From IMG/VR virus record IMGVR_UViG_3300010938_000025: a stretch of DNA of 64,000 bases. One strand, given 5' to 3'. The translations under genes were made by a program, and so were the position numbers. The notes below the pieces were generated by a model. That model made no database searches and was not told the DNA's origin. It saw only the letters and a list, made by a program, of their open reading frames with translations. This stretch comes from an uncultured virus (IMG/VR IMGVR_UViG_3300010938_000025). Taxonomy: Duplodnaviria; Heunggongvirae; Uroviricota; Caudoviricetes. This document shows, one piece after another, positions 17,489 through 25,874 of this stretch (positions are counted from its first letter, which is position 1; each line of letters opens with the position of its first letter).

Positions 17489-17827
17489 ATGGAATTCCTT
17501 ACGATTGTGGCCAGCATACTGGTGGTGGCCCTCCTGACGCAGGGGCTTATGCCGTTGCTGAACTGGCTGGACGATCCGGATAGTCCGGGTTGTTCAGCGA
17601 TGCTTTTCCTGATACTTTTCCTGGTCATGCTGATCGTCGTTTTCTCGGCGATCACCGGTTCAGAGCCTGCGGCGGTTGGGCGCCGGCCGGTCCGGCGCAT
17701 TGTCAACCCGCAGCTTGAGCAGCTCGTCGCTCCGGTCCGGGATGCTGTCTCCCCCTGCCCAAAAGGTTGCACTCAAGGGTGGGACGGACAATGTTACCTG
17801 CCGGATGCGAAAACCACCTGCAGGTAG
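17489..17827 (+). CDS. Hypothetical membrane protein (2 TM, Cys-rich tail)
   Basis: Two hydrophobic helices; AAGGAGG RBS. Confidence 0.7.
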   Translation: MEFLTIVASILVVALLTQGLMPLLNWLDDPDSPGCSAMLFLILFLVMLIVVFSAITGSEPAAVGRRPVRRIVNPQLEQLVAPVRDAVSPCPKGCTQGWDGQCYLPDAKTTCR

Positions 17828-17837
17828 GAGGTGGAAG

Positions 17838-18233
17838 ATGCGTTTGTTTTGCGATGATACGGCCATACGGTCGCTGCGTCAGACCGGCATGACGTACTAC
17901 GAGGATCGCAGATCGTACTACATTTCAAAGCCGGAGCTGCAGTTCTTTCTGGTCCTGCGCAACGGGCTTGACCCACTCAAAATCTTGAACCGGGTTGTAG
18001 ACGCCAACGTAGGCTGGGAGATCGGTGTGACCGGGTTTGTATATCCCGATCACGTTGGCAGGCTGTGCTCAAAAGTCACCGTCTACCGGTTACTGACGGG
18101 GATGCATTACGATTACACGCTGTCGCAAATTATGGGCAAAGCGCCCGTTCGGGGAAAAGGGGGTAACGACTGTGGGTGCCAATCGCCTTTCAGGTCGGCC
18201 AAAGTCCGATCCGGCCGGCCTGGTCAGAGCTGA
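17838..18233 (+). CDS. Hypothetical protein
   Basis: AGGAGG RBS. Confidence 0.6.
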   Translation: MRLFCDDTAIRSLRQTGMTYYEDRRSYYISKPELQFFLVLRNGLDPLKILNRVVDANVGWEIGVTGFVYPDHVGRLCSKVTVYRLLTGMHYDYTLSQIMGKAPVRGKGGNDCGCQSPFRSAKVRSGRPGQS

Positions 18234-18414
18234 AATACTGCGTCGTTTGAGGCGCGGACCGGCGACTGCCAGCGAGCTGGCGCGCCACCTCTACGGCTTC
18301 GCCGATCCGTCTGAGTTGTCTTGTGTCTACGTACAGATTCACCTGCTCAGACGGGATGGGTACGACATCTCCAGGCCGGTCAGAGGGAAGTGTTATATTC
18401 TAAACGAGAACTAA
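18172..18414 (+). CDS. Winged-helix DNA-binding protein
   Basis: EILRRLRRGPATASELARHL...VYVQIHLLRRDGYDI...Y.L. Confidence 0.7.
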   Translation: MGANRLSGRPKSDPAGLVRAEILRRLRRGPATASELARHLYGFADPSELSCVYVQIHLLRRDGYDISRPVRGKCYILNEN

Positions 18415-18419
18415 AAGAT

Positions 18420-18469
18420 TGAGGCAGCGCCCGTCCGTTCAGGGTTTTTTGGCACTCGGCGCTGCCTCA
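18420..18469 (+). terminator. 12-bp hairpin at the end of the accessory gene run (possible terminator or processing site)
   Basis: TGAGGCAGCGCC / GGCGCTGCCTCA; no downstream U run. Confidence 0.45.
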
Positions 18470-18550
18470 GGACCTGTGGTTGTCCCGCTGTAATTATACT
18501 CAAATCTTTGTGGGAGTCAAGTCCAGACCGGTTGACAATCGGTTATGTAC

Positions 18551-18579
18551 TTGACTATATTGCCTGTATGTGTTATAAT
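18551..18579 (+). promoter_or_regulatory. Sigma70-type promoter for the Phd-like/FtsK module
   Basis: TTGACT-17 bp-TATAAT with extended TG. Confidence 0.8.
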
Positions 18580-18613
18580 ACGTACATGCACTTGTACAAC
18601 CGTGAGGATCAGC

Positions 18614-18832
18614 GTGCGAGGTAAACTCCTGTCCGTATCCGACGCGCGTGAGCAGTTAGGCGATTGTCTGACCCGGCTGGGTGCCAGGCCGGAAGAAGCG
18701 ATTGTCATCATCCGGCGTTCGAGTGTCGCCGGAGCCCTGGTCGGGCCGGAAGTTTGGGAACTGCTCAGTCAGGTTGACCTGGACAATCTGCGCCGGCTCT
18801 TGGCCGGGCTGCCGAAGAATCATGACCGGTAA
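18614..18832 (+). CDS. Phd/YefM antitoxin-like DNA-binding protein
   Basis: LSVSDAREQLGDCL...AIVIIRRSSVAGALVGPEVWE pattern; GAGG RBS, GTG start. Confidence 0.7.
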   Translation: MRGKLLSVSDAREQLGDCLTRLGARPEEAIVIIRRSSVAGALVGPEVWELLSQVDLDNLRRLLAGLPKNHDR

Positions 18833-18983
18833 ACGTCGGTCAGGTGGCTGGCTGCGCCGGCTGCTATGCTATTTCGGCCGACACGAGCCGGAGCTGCACG
18901 TGCGGGCCGACTGGCTCAGGTGTCGGTATTGTCAGCGCCTTTTCAGAGTCAGAACCAGAACACAACATGTTCACCGCTCATAG
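18822..18983 (+). CDS. Small Cys/His protein (DUF1660-like)
   Basis: LLCYFGRH...CRYC. Confidence 0.5.
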   Translation: MTGKRRSGGWLRRLLCYFGRHEPELHVRADWLRCRYCQRLFRVRTRTQHVHRS

Positions 18984-20220
18984 GATCGAGAGTTTTCTGA
19001 ACGCTTATAATGCGCCGGCTGCCGTCCGGCGCATCAGCACCGGGCGGACCGGCGTGTTACGCTACCGGCTCGTCCCTATAGGCACCACCCGCTTTGCCCA
19101 GTTGCGGGCGTTGCAGGCTGATCTGGCCGCTCTGACCCAGGCCCAGAGCGCTCTGGTAGAGCAGACCGCCCAGGGAATTATCCTGACCCTCAATTGCCCC
19201 CGCCAGTTGTCGGCCGATTACGCGAGCCTGGTCAGGTCGATTGCCGAGCTGGACTTCCCGGTTGGGAATGTCTTACTCGGCCTGAACGAGGATGGCCTGC
19301 CGTTCACCCTCAATCTGGCCCATCCCCAGTTTTGCCACGTGGTTGTGGCAGGCCTGCCCGGCTCGGGTAAGACCAATCTGGCCCTGGGGATACTCGGCTC
19401 ATTGGTCTATGGCCGGGCATTGGGTGAGCTGGCCGTGGTGCTGGCCGATCCAAAGTTCAGCCCCACGCTGGGTCTGGCCGGGCTGTCCAGGTTACCGCAC
19501 CTGGTGCGACCGGTGGCGACCGGTATTCGCGCGACGGTCCAGCTCTTGAGCTGGCTGCGCCAGACGGTCGAGCGACGCAAGGTGAATGAGGACTATCCCC
19601 ACCTGGTCGCGTGTATCGACGACCTGGCCGCTGTCCTGGCCAACGGGGGGCGCGAGGTCGTAAACGATCTGGCCTATATTGCCGGCCTGGGACGCGAAAA
19701 AGGCGTGCATCTGATTCTGATCACGCAAACACTGCACTATAGCAGCGTCCCCAAGTCAATCGTGGATAATATCCCGGTGCGCATTGTCGGACGTGTAGGT
19801 AGTTCCGTAGCCGGTAGCGTTAACGCCGGCATGGGCGGAACGTTGAGTCACAAGCTGGGTAGACACCAGTTTAACGTGATCGTCGGTGATACGCATTTGC
19901 TATTCAGCATCGGGGTCACGCCGGAAAGTATTCTGAGCCTGATCCCGCCGCCGGCTTTACGAACTGATGAGTACCTGACCGCATCGGCCCAAGACGAGAT
20001 CGACTTTCCGGAGAGCCTCAACCCGTTGGATGTGGTCCGCCCCCTCTGGCAGCAGGCCGGTTGCCAGGAGGTGCGCGGCCTGAAGGCCGAGATGGCCAGC
20101 GCGCTGTGGGGTGACCGGTACTACGGGGGCAACCGGGCCAACATTTTGAACAATCTGATCGGACAACTCCGCCGGGAAACCGAGCCCGCCGGTGGCCTGC
20201 GGTTGGTTAGAGGAGGCTGA
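18967..20220 (+). CDS. FtsK/SpoIIIE-family P-loop ATPase (DNA translocase-like)
   Basis: HVVVAGLPGSGKT, LADPK, CIDDL, GREKGVHLILITQ. Confidence 0.88.
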   Translation: MFTAHRIESFLNAYNAPAAVRRISTGRTGVLRYRLVPIGTTRFAQLRALQADLAALTQAQSALVEQTAQGIILTLNCPRQLSADYASLVRSIAELDFPVGNVLLGLNEDGLPFTLNLAHPQFCHVVVAGLPGSGKTNLALGILGSLVYGRALGELAVVLADPKFSPTLGLAGLSRLPHLVRPVATGIRATVQLLSWLRQTVERRKVNEDYPHLVACIDDLAAVLANGGREVVNDLAYIAGLGREKGVHLILITQTLHYSSVPKSIVDNIPVRIVGRVGSSVAGSVNAGMGGTLSHKLGRHQFNVIVGDTHLLFSIGVTPESILSLIPPPALRTDEYLTASAQDEIDFPESLNPLDVVRPLWQQAGCQEVRGLKAEMASALWGDRYYGGNRANILNNLIGQLRRETEPAGGLRLVRGG

Positions 20221-20221
20221 T

Positions 20222-20602
20222 GTGCGAACCTGGCCAGTCGTCCTGGTGGTCGTCACGCTTTTGGCTTTTGTGCTGGGCGCAACCTACGTGAGTGCGAGCG
20301 ACCAGCTCGAACGGGCCAGACTGACCACTCTGGTCATCGTGTGGGCAGTCTGGATACAGTTCGTGCTGACCGTGGCAGTGTTCGGGGCAATCGGGCTATT
20401 CCTGGTACGCACCTGGCTCAGGTACGTGCCCAGGCCCGTGTCGGATCGGTCCGATACACCACCCCGTTACAGTCCGGTTCACCAGCACTTTCATCTCGGA
20501 AGCGGCAACGGCTACGTGCCGCCGGCTCACATCTGGGAGCCGCGTGCACCGGATGAGGTGACCGAACCGGACAGGTCCGTGTTCTCGTTGGGAAACGATT
20601 GA
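20222..20602 (+). CDS. Membrane protein (2 TM)
   Basis: Two hydrophobic helices; GGAGG RBS. Confidence 0.7.
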   Translation: MRTWPVVLVVVTLLAFVLGATYVSASDQLERARLTTLVIVWAVWIQFVLTVAVFGAIGLFLVRTWLRYVPRPVSDRSDTPPRYSPVHQHFHLGSGNGYVPPAHIWEPRAPDEVTEPDRSVFSLGND

Positions 20603-20612
20603 CGCGCACTTA

Positions 20613-20639
20613 AGCCGGCCTGCACGTTTCAGGCCGGCT
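20613..20639. terminator. Hairpin between the convergent genome arms
   Basis: AGCCGGCCTG / CAGGCCGGCT 10-bp stem. Confidence 0.6.
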
Positions 20640-20642
20640 GCT

Positions 20643-21341
20643 TCACTTCCAGACGCACGTCACGTTGGGTGTGCGGCATAGTTCCTCAAATTTAAGCCGC
20701 GTGCGCTCGTCCTCGAGTGTACCGACCAGCACGACCAGCTTCGGCCTGGGCGTCTGAGTTGGACTCTCGACCGTCCGGGTTGGGGTGGGCGCCTGGGTTG
20801 GCGCAGGCGGTTTGATCGGGACGCCTTTCAGGCACAGTGCCACCCAGACCGGCCAGTTGTTCGCCTGCCAGCGGCCCAACTCTACCACCTCGACCTGCGC
20901 ATCAAGCAGGATCGCCGCATGTGGCGGACTGGTGAGCCAGGCATCAATCACCTCGGCCCCGCCCACAATGCCACACGCCACCGTCTCCCCGGCCCAATTG
21001 AAGCTCCCGCCTATGCTCCTGAACCAATCCCAGGCCCGTCGTCCTTGAGCGTCGCCATGCCGGCAATCGGTCACGGCAATGTAGTCGGCCAGGGCTTCTG
21101 CGTAACGCTGCACGGCCAGGGCTGCGGTTGTATCCGACCGGACCGGTGGCAATCCCCGCTCCTGGCGGACGATATTCAATCGCTCGAAGGCCAGGGCGCG
21201 CTCCTGCCGGTAGTCCTGGTCGGCGGCCGGCCCGGTCAGCCAGGTTGAACCGACCAGCGGTGGCGGTTCAACGGTCTGAATCTGGCACCTGGCGATAAAC
21301 ACGGCCAGGCCCGTTAGAATAATCAACGGCTTGAGTTGCAT
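20643..21341 (-). CDS. Exported CAP (SCP/Tpx-1) domain protein
   Basis: Signal/lipoprotein-like N-terminus; LNIVRQERGLPPV, GETVACG, IDAWLTSPPHAAILL; PT-rich linker. Confidence 0.85.
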   Translation of the reverse strand: MQLKPLIILTGLAVFIARCQIQTVEPPPLVGSTWLTGPAADQDYRQERALAFERLNIVRQERGLPPVRSDTTAALAVQRYAEALADYIAVTDCRHGDAQGRRAWDWFRSIGGSFNWAGETVACGIVGGAEVIDAWLTSPPHAAILLDAQVEVVELGRWQANNWPVWVALCLKGVPIKPPAPTQAPTPTRTVESPTQTPRPKLVVLVGTLEDERTRLKFEELCRTPNVTCVWK

Positions 21342-21348
21342 GGTCTCC

Positions 21349-21747
21349 TCAGATAATATCACTGAATCCGTAGACCGGCGGCTCACCAGGCGTGTACTCG
21401 ATGATCAGTAGCACCTGTTCGACCTGATACGCCTGCGCCGGCGTGTACTCGATGTCCAGTACAACCTGCTCAACCTGATACGATTGGGCCGGCGTGTACT
21501 CGACGTCCAGTACAACCTGCTCAACCTGATACGATTGGGCCGGCGTGTACTCGACGTCCAGTACAACCTGCTCAACCTGATACGATTGGGCCGGCGTGTA
21601 CTCGACGTCCAGTACAACCTGCTCAACCTGATACGATTGGGCCGGCGTGTACTCGACGTCCAGTACAACCTGCTCAACCTGATACGATTGGGCCGGCGTG
21701 TACTCGACGTCCAGTACAACCTGTTCGACTCGATTATCATATGCCAT
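21349..21747 (-). CDS. Repeat protein, 7 x 17-aa (VEQVVLDVEYTPAQSYQ)
   Basis: GAGGT RBS; ATG overlaps the upstream TGA; in-frame 51-nt repeats. Confidence 0.8.
   Translation of the reverse strand: MAYDNRVEQVVLDVEYTPAQSYQVEQVVLDVEYTPAQSYQVEQVVLDVEYTPAQSYQVEQVVLDVEYTPAQSYQVEQVVLDVEYTPAQSYQVEQVVLDIEYTPAQAYQVEQVLLIIEYTPGEPPVYGFSDII
21389..21728. repeat. 51-bp tandem repeat, ~7 copies
   Basis: Units start at 21389, 21440, 21491, 21542, 21593, 21644, 21695; central copies identical. Confidence 0.97.
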
Positions 21748-22739
21748 CAGCCTGACCTCACGCCGCACTCCAGCGCGTTGACTTTGGCCTGGGTCCAGGC
21801 ACCTGAGTCAGCCGGATCGGTCGTCCAGCGCGTCAGGTATGCCTGCCATGACAGGCTGATAGATTGGTCGGAGCCGGCATAGTCTGTGCCGCCCGACCGG
21901 ATGACGTTGGCGATGGTAGCCGGGTCGGCCTGTGTCTTCTGAGCCCTGGCCTCGGCGATGACCGCCTGGATGGTCGCCCCCGACGGCAGGCTGGGATTGG
22001 CCATCGAGTAGGTGTCCGTCTGGGCAGTAGCCGTGGTCGAGACGTAGTCGGACGACGACGGTGGAATCTCGTCTACGCATTGGTAATTCGCGCCGGCGGA
22101 TGGAGTCCACTGGGTTGTGGTCCCGGCTCCGTCTGGAACCACGGCGATATAGCGCCGGTCGCCGACCCAGCTATTGTCACTGGTACCGCTCGTGTCGTTG
22201 ACTGTGAAATCGTCGAAGTAGGTCGCCTGGGACGTGGTGTTACCAAACCCGCACAGTCTTAGCATATCGACATTCGTGTCTGTACCCGGCTTGGTATCAC
22301 CGGTGTAGTTAATCTCGGCGTTGCTATCTAACCTGACCTCAATCACCCCACCGGTATCAGCAATCTTAACGTGCAACTCCAACAGGTACCAGGTGTCAAC
22401 CGTCAGCACGGTTGTGCCGGTCGCCACCAGGGTTGTGCCAACATAAGCCTCCAGTCTGCGGGTCGTGAAATTCATCTTGATGTCACCCAGTAAGTTGCTA
22501 CTCTTATACCACCGCACGATGTTGTTGTACCCGCTCATGTCCTGGAAGCGTACACCAACGGCCATGTACCATTCCGACAGATTATTCAGACTGGCGATCA
22601 GACTATAGCCGCCGTAAGCCCGGCAGCTATAGGTCCCGGTGCGTGCATGTGTCGTGCTGGCACTCACGTAGGCATTGTCAGAAGGCGTGAACGGTAGCAG
22701 GTCACCGGCCTCAAAACCGCAGTTGTAGACTCTGGCCAT
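21747..22739 (-). CDS. Putative receptor-binding/fibre protein (ConA/LamG-like plus second beta-sandwich)
   Basis: GFEAG, DTWYLLELHV, YFDDF; T/S/G-rich; tail module position. Confidence 0.65.
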   Translation of the reverse strand: MARVYNCGFEAGDLLPFTPSDNAYVSASTTHARTGTYSCRAYGGYSLIASLNNLSEWYMAVGVRFQDMSGYNNIVRWYKSSNLLGDIKMNFTTRRLEAYVGTTLVATGTTVLTVDTWYLLELHVKIADTGGVIEVRLDSNAEINYTGDTKPGTDTNVDMLRLCGFGNTTSQATYFDDFTVNDTSGTSDNSWVGDRRYIAVVPDGAGTTTQWTPSAGANYQCVDEIPPSSSDYVSTTATAQTDTYSMANPSLPSGATIQAVIAEARAQKTQADPATIANVIRSGGTDYAGSDQSISLSWQAYLTRWTTDPADSGAWTQAKVNALECGVRSG

Positions 22740-23413
22740 CAGGCTTCCCTTTCTAGTTCGATCTGTGTGAAAACGCCATTCCCCCATGAGCACGCCGGGC
22801 CGTAGCCGTCATTGCCGGCGCTGGTGGTGGCACAGCGATGCCGGACCTCTAAGACCTTGGAGCTGGCAAGCGTAAACCGCCCTACGACAATGCTATAGGT
22901 CAGGAAGTAGCCCGACGTACTGGCATAGGCGATTGAACCCAACTGGATGTCGGCGGCATCGGTGACGTTGTAGAGTTTGGCCTGATGCCATTCGACATTG
23001 CAGGCCGGGGCATAGACTCTGAATCGATACGTGCCGGCGGCCAGGGTGATCTGATTGCTGGCCACACTCGCGTGATTGCCGGTGTCGCAGACTTCGGTGT
23101 TCAGGTCACGGGTTTGCCAGGCCCCGCCGTAGAACTTGCCGCCCGGCGTATTGGCGGCTTTGGTGTCATTGATCACAATGTAGTTTGTGCCGCTGCCGCC
23201 ACCACCGCCGCTCGGTGTAGACCACTTGACGCCGAGCGCTTGAGCTGAGTCGGCTGTCAGCACCTGACCATCCGAGCCAACGGGTAACCTGTCGCCGGCG
23301 CCGGTACCTGAGCCGATGATGATGTCCCCCTTGGCCGAATAGGCCGGACTGGTGCTGGTGTCGATGGTCGGTGGTAGTGAACGCAGACCTTTTGAGCCGA
23401 GAATGAACGACAT
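22739..23413 (-). CDS. Putative tail fibre-associated protein
   Basis: AKGDII...[15 protein letters not shown]...GVKW module plus beta-rich C-terminus (ITLAAGTY). Confidence 0.65.
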   Translation of the reverse strand: MSFILGSKGLRSLPPTIDTSTSPAYSAKGDIIIGSGTGAGDRLPVGSDGQVLTADSAQALGVKWSTPSGGGGGSGTNYIVINDTKAANTPGGKFYGGAWQTRDLNTEVCDTGNHASVASNQITLAAGTYRFRVYAPACNVEWHQAKLYNVTDAADIQLGSIAYASTSGYFLTYSIVVGRFTLASSKVLEVRHRCATTSAGNDGYGPACSWGNGVFTQIELEREA

Positions 23414-23427
23414 GGCAGTCTCCTTTC

Positions 23428-23754
23428 TTACCACTCATCCGCATAGCTGGCGATGAAGTTGACGACTTCGCTGGTACCGCTCACCCGCTGGCCAATGACG
23501 GTATCTGTGTCGCTGATGATGAACGGTGTATCGACGGTGAGGGTCTCGTTGGACTGTAAGGTAGCCCTCCACAGAACATATGTGCTGGTCGAGCGCCTGA
23601 GCTTAAGCTCGACGCTGACGGCATTGGCACCGGTGTTGTGCAGGATAACACTTCTAACCGTCCGGCGCGTATTGGCGGCTGGGCTGCTGACCACGGTCGT
23701 TTCGGCCCCGCCGGTATCCAGGCTTGAAATGCTGGAACTGAGTATGAACGACAT
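23428..23754 (-). CDS. Small virion beta-protein, paralog of 23773..24081
   Basis: Shared SPA...R.VR...LHN.G...EVVNFIASY. Confidence 0.7.
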   Translation of the reverse strand: MSFILSSSISSLDTGGAETTVVSSPAANTRRTVRSVILHNTGANAVSVELKLRRSTSTYVLWRATLQSNETLTVDTPFIISDTDTVIGQRVSGTSEVVNFIASYADEW

Positions 23755-23772
23755 GTTGCCTCCTTTTCATTA

Positions 23773-24081
23773 TCAGGTCATATCTCCATAGCTGGCAATG
23801 AAATTGACGACTTCGGTCGTGCCGCTCGCCCGTCGGCCGGTGACCGAATCTGCGCTACCCAGGACGAAGGGTGTCTCAATCGTAAAGGATTCGAGTGAGG
23901 CCAGGTTCAGGTTCCAAAATACGTTCGAGTTGATTTTGACCAGGACGTTCACAGCAATACTACCGCGGTTATGCAGGACGATATTTCTCACGACACGTTT
24001 GCCGCTGGCCGGGCTGGCGACGATGGTTGTGTCCGTCCCATCCGTATTCAGTTGCGAGACGTTCGAGTTGAGGGTAAACAC
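23773..24081 (-). CDS. Small virion beta-protein, paralog of 23428..23754
   Basis: Same shared motifs; GGAGG RBS, GTG start. Confidence 0.7.
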   Translation of the reverse strand: MFTLNSNVSQLNTDGTDTTIVASPASGKRVVRNIVLHNRGSIAVNVLVKINSNVFWNLNLASLESFTIETPFVLGSADSVTGRRASGTTEVVNFIASYGDMT

Positions 24082-24090
24082 GGCCGCCTC

Positions 24091-25263
24091 CTAGAGCATG
24101 AACCAGACGCGGGCCCGATAACTGCTATCCGGTGCCCAGTGGCTACCAGAGCTATCCCAGACCAGCACATCCTGGTTGTCCGGAGCACCCCCGGCTACGG
24201 CCCGACCCTGTAGTCCGGCGACGGTTGGGTTTGGATACGTGCCACTCAGGTCGCCACCGGCCTGGCCGGAGGGCGAGCTGGACACCAGTCCGCTGCGGGT
24301 GACGAACAGGTGAACAACCCAGTCGGCCCCAGGATTGGTGCTGCCAACCTGATCGACGTCACACGTGAGCTGGGCGTCGGCGGGGATGGTGGTTGTGTCA
24401 AAGCTGGTCTGTACACCACTGGTTGCCCCGGCAGCGATCTGGACCCGGTTGGCCTGGTGCGTGGCCCAGATACTGGTGCCGTTGACGTTGAGGTCGAAGA
24501 TGAGCGCGGCGCCGGTCGGAGCGGTCTTGCACTCGGCCCAGACTTTGACGATGGTCAGGGTGGCGTCTGGAAATGAGCGGTGTGGGAAGCCGGCATTGGT
24601 CTTGACCGCAGCATCGCCTGTCTCACCCCAGACGAAGCCGTGATGGAGGGGGGAGCCTGAAGTCAGGTCTCCCCACCGCACACCGGTGGGTTGGGTGCTA
24701 TCGGCGATCAGTATCTGAGAGTCTGAGCCGACCGGTAGTCTGGTGGCGGTATTATCCGCCGTGGCAACGATCAGATCGCCTTTGGCATCCAGAATGTCCC
24801 AGGAGGCACTCCCGCCGCTACCGCCTGAACCGGTGATGGTGATGGTCTGTCCGCTCTGAGAGATCGAGACCGTACCGGCCCCGGCCAGAACGACGTCGCC
24901 TTTGACCGGGCTACCCGATGGGCCGATGGAGAGCACGTTCTGCAGGCGGGCATCGGCAGCATCCACAAAGCGGTTGGTATTGGAGGGCGGTGAGCCGGAA
25001 GTACCGGCTAAGGCGGCTTTTTCGTTCAATGTCAGGTGTACATTGGTATTGATGGCGTCATGCTCAACCGCATTGGGGAGACAGGGTGAGGACGAGATGA
25101 CCACGTAGGTCAACTGGCGCAGGTAGTCCAGGTTACCGGCCTGAGCATGTAAGGCCGTGTCGATTGCATCGAAGTTTGTGTTCAGGCCGGGGTTACCAGT
25201 GCCCCACGGTTTCTCGCCCTGGCTGGGCTTATAAAGCTGGTAGTAAGTCGTATAAGTTCCCAA
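24091..25263 (-). CDS. Tail fibre-like protein
   Basis: LNTNFDAID N-terminus, AKGDLIVATAD module, GGDLSGTYPNPTV motif. Confidence 0.7.
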   Translation of the reverse strand: MGTYTTYYQLYKPSQGEKPWGTGNPGLNTNFDAIDTALHAQAGNLDYLRQLTYVVISSSPCLPNAVEHDAINTNVHLTLNEKAALAGTSGSPPSNTNRFVDAADARLQNVLSIGPSGSPVKGDVVLAGAGTVSISQSGQTITITGSGGSGGSASWDILDAKGDLIVATADNTATRLPVGSDSQILIADSTQPTGVRWGDLTSGSPLHHGFVWGETGDAAVKTNAGFPHRSFPDATLTIVKVWAECKTAPTGAALIFDLNVNGTSIWATHQANRVQIAAGATSGVQTSFDTTTIPADAQLTCDVDQVGSTNPGADWVVHLFVTRSGLVSSSPSGQAGGDLSGTYPNPTVAGLQGRAVAGGAPDNQDVLVWDSSGSHWAPDSSYRARVWFML

Positions 25264-25863
25264 CTATCCGTATCCTCCTGAGTCGTAGGCCAGGATGTCG
25301 TAGCCGTATTCTCCGCCCGACTCGGCGCCGGTATCGATGAAGTAAGTCACCACAAACTCGGTTCCGGCCGGCACCGGCGAGCCCAGGGTGTAGGTGATCT
25401 GGTCGTCATGCTCCTCGAAGAATAAGCCGGCACCACGGCGCTTCTTCAGTCCACCGACGAACACCTGTAAAGAGCCGACCTGGTACAGGCGGGCGGTGGA
25501 CCAGCTGACCTGGGTGCCGTCGTTCAGGTCGGTGTTATCCTCCTCCATGAACGGCCCGGAGAGGATTGGGCTTGAGCCGGTGGTGTCGCCGGCATTGATA
25601 AACACGTCCGAGCCGCTGGACGTGATGGTAGTCCCGCCGGTGCCGCGCAGGAGCACATCCCCCCTGAGTCTGCTACCGGTGCCCTCGGCGATGATGGCGC
25701 GGACCACCATGCCGGGCTGACTGCCGGAGCTACTCCCCAGGAGCTGTTGCAGGCTAAAGCCTGGCGTGGTGCCGAAGCCCTGGGTGAGCTGCAGCATGGC
25801 ACGTTGTATATCTGACCGGATAAGCTGGAGGATGTAAGCCAGTTCATCATGACTGAGCGACAC
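25264..25863 (-). CDS. Putative minor tail protein
   Basis: G/S-rich, GSLQVFVGG motif, tail module position. Confidence 0.6.
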   Translation of the reverse strand: MSLSHDELAYILQLIRSDIQRAMLQLTQGFGTTPGFSLQQLLGSSSGSQPGMVVRAIIAEGTGSRLRGDVLLRGTGGTTITSSGSDVFINAGDTTGSSPILSGPFMEEDNTDLNDGTQVSWSTARLYQVGSLQVFVGGLKKRRGAGLFFEEHDDQITYTLGSPVPAGTEFVVTYFIDTGAESGGEYGYDILAYDSGGYG

Positions 25864-25874
25864 AGTCTATATCC

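Noticed and set aside
21389..21728. Possible CRISPR array or DGR template/variable repeat
   Set aside because: Units are contiguous, in-frame and coding; no reverse transcriptase and no adenine-specific variation.
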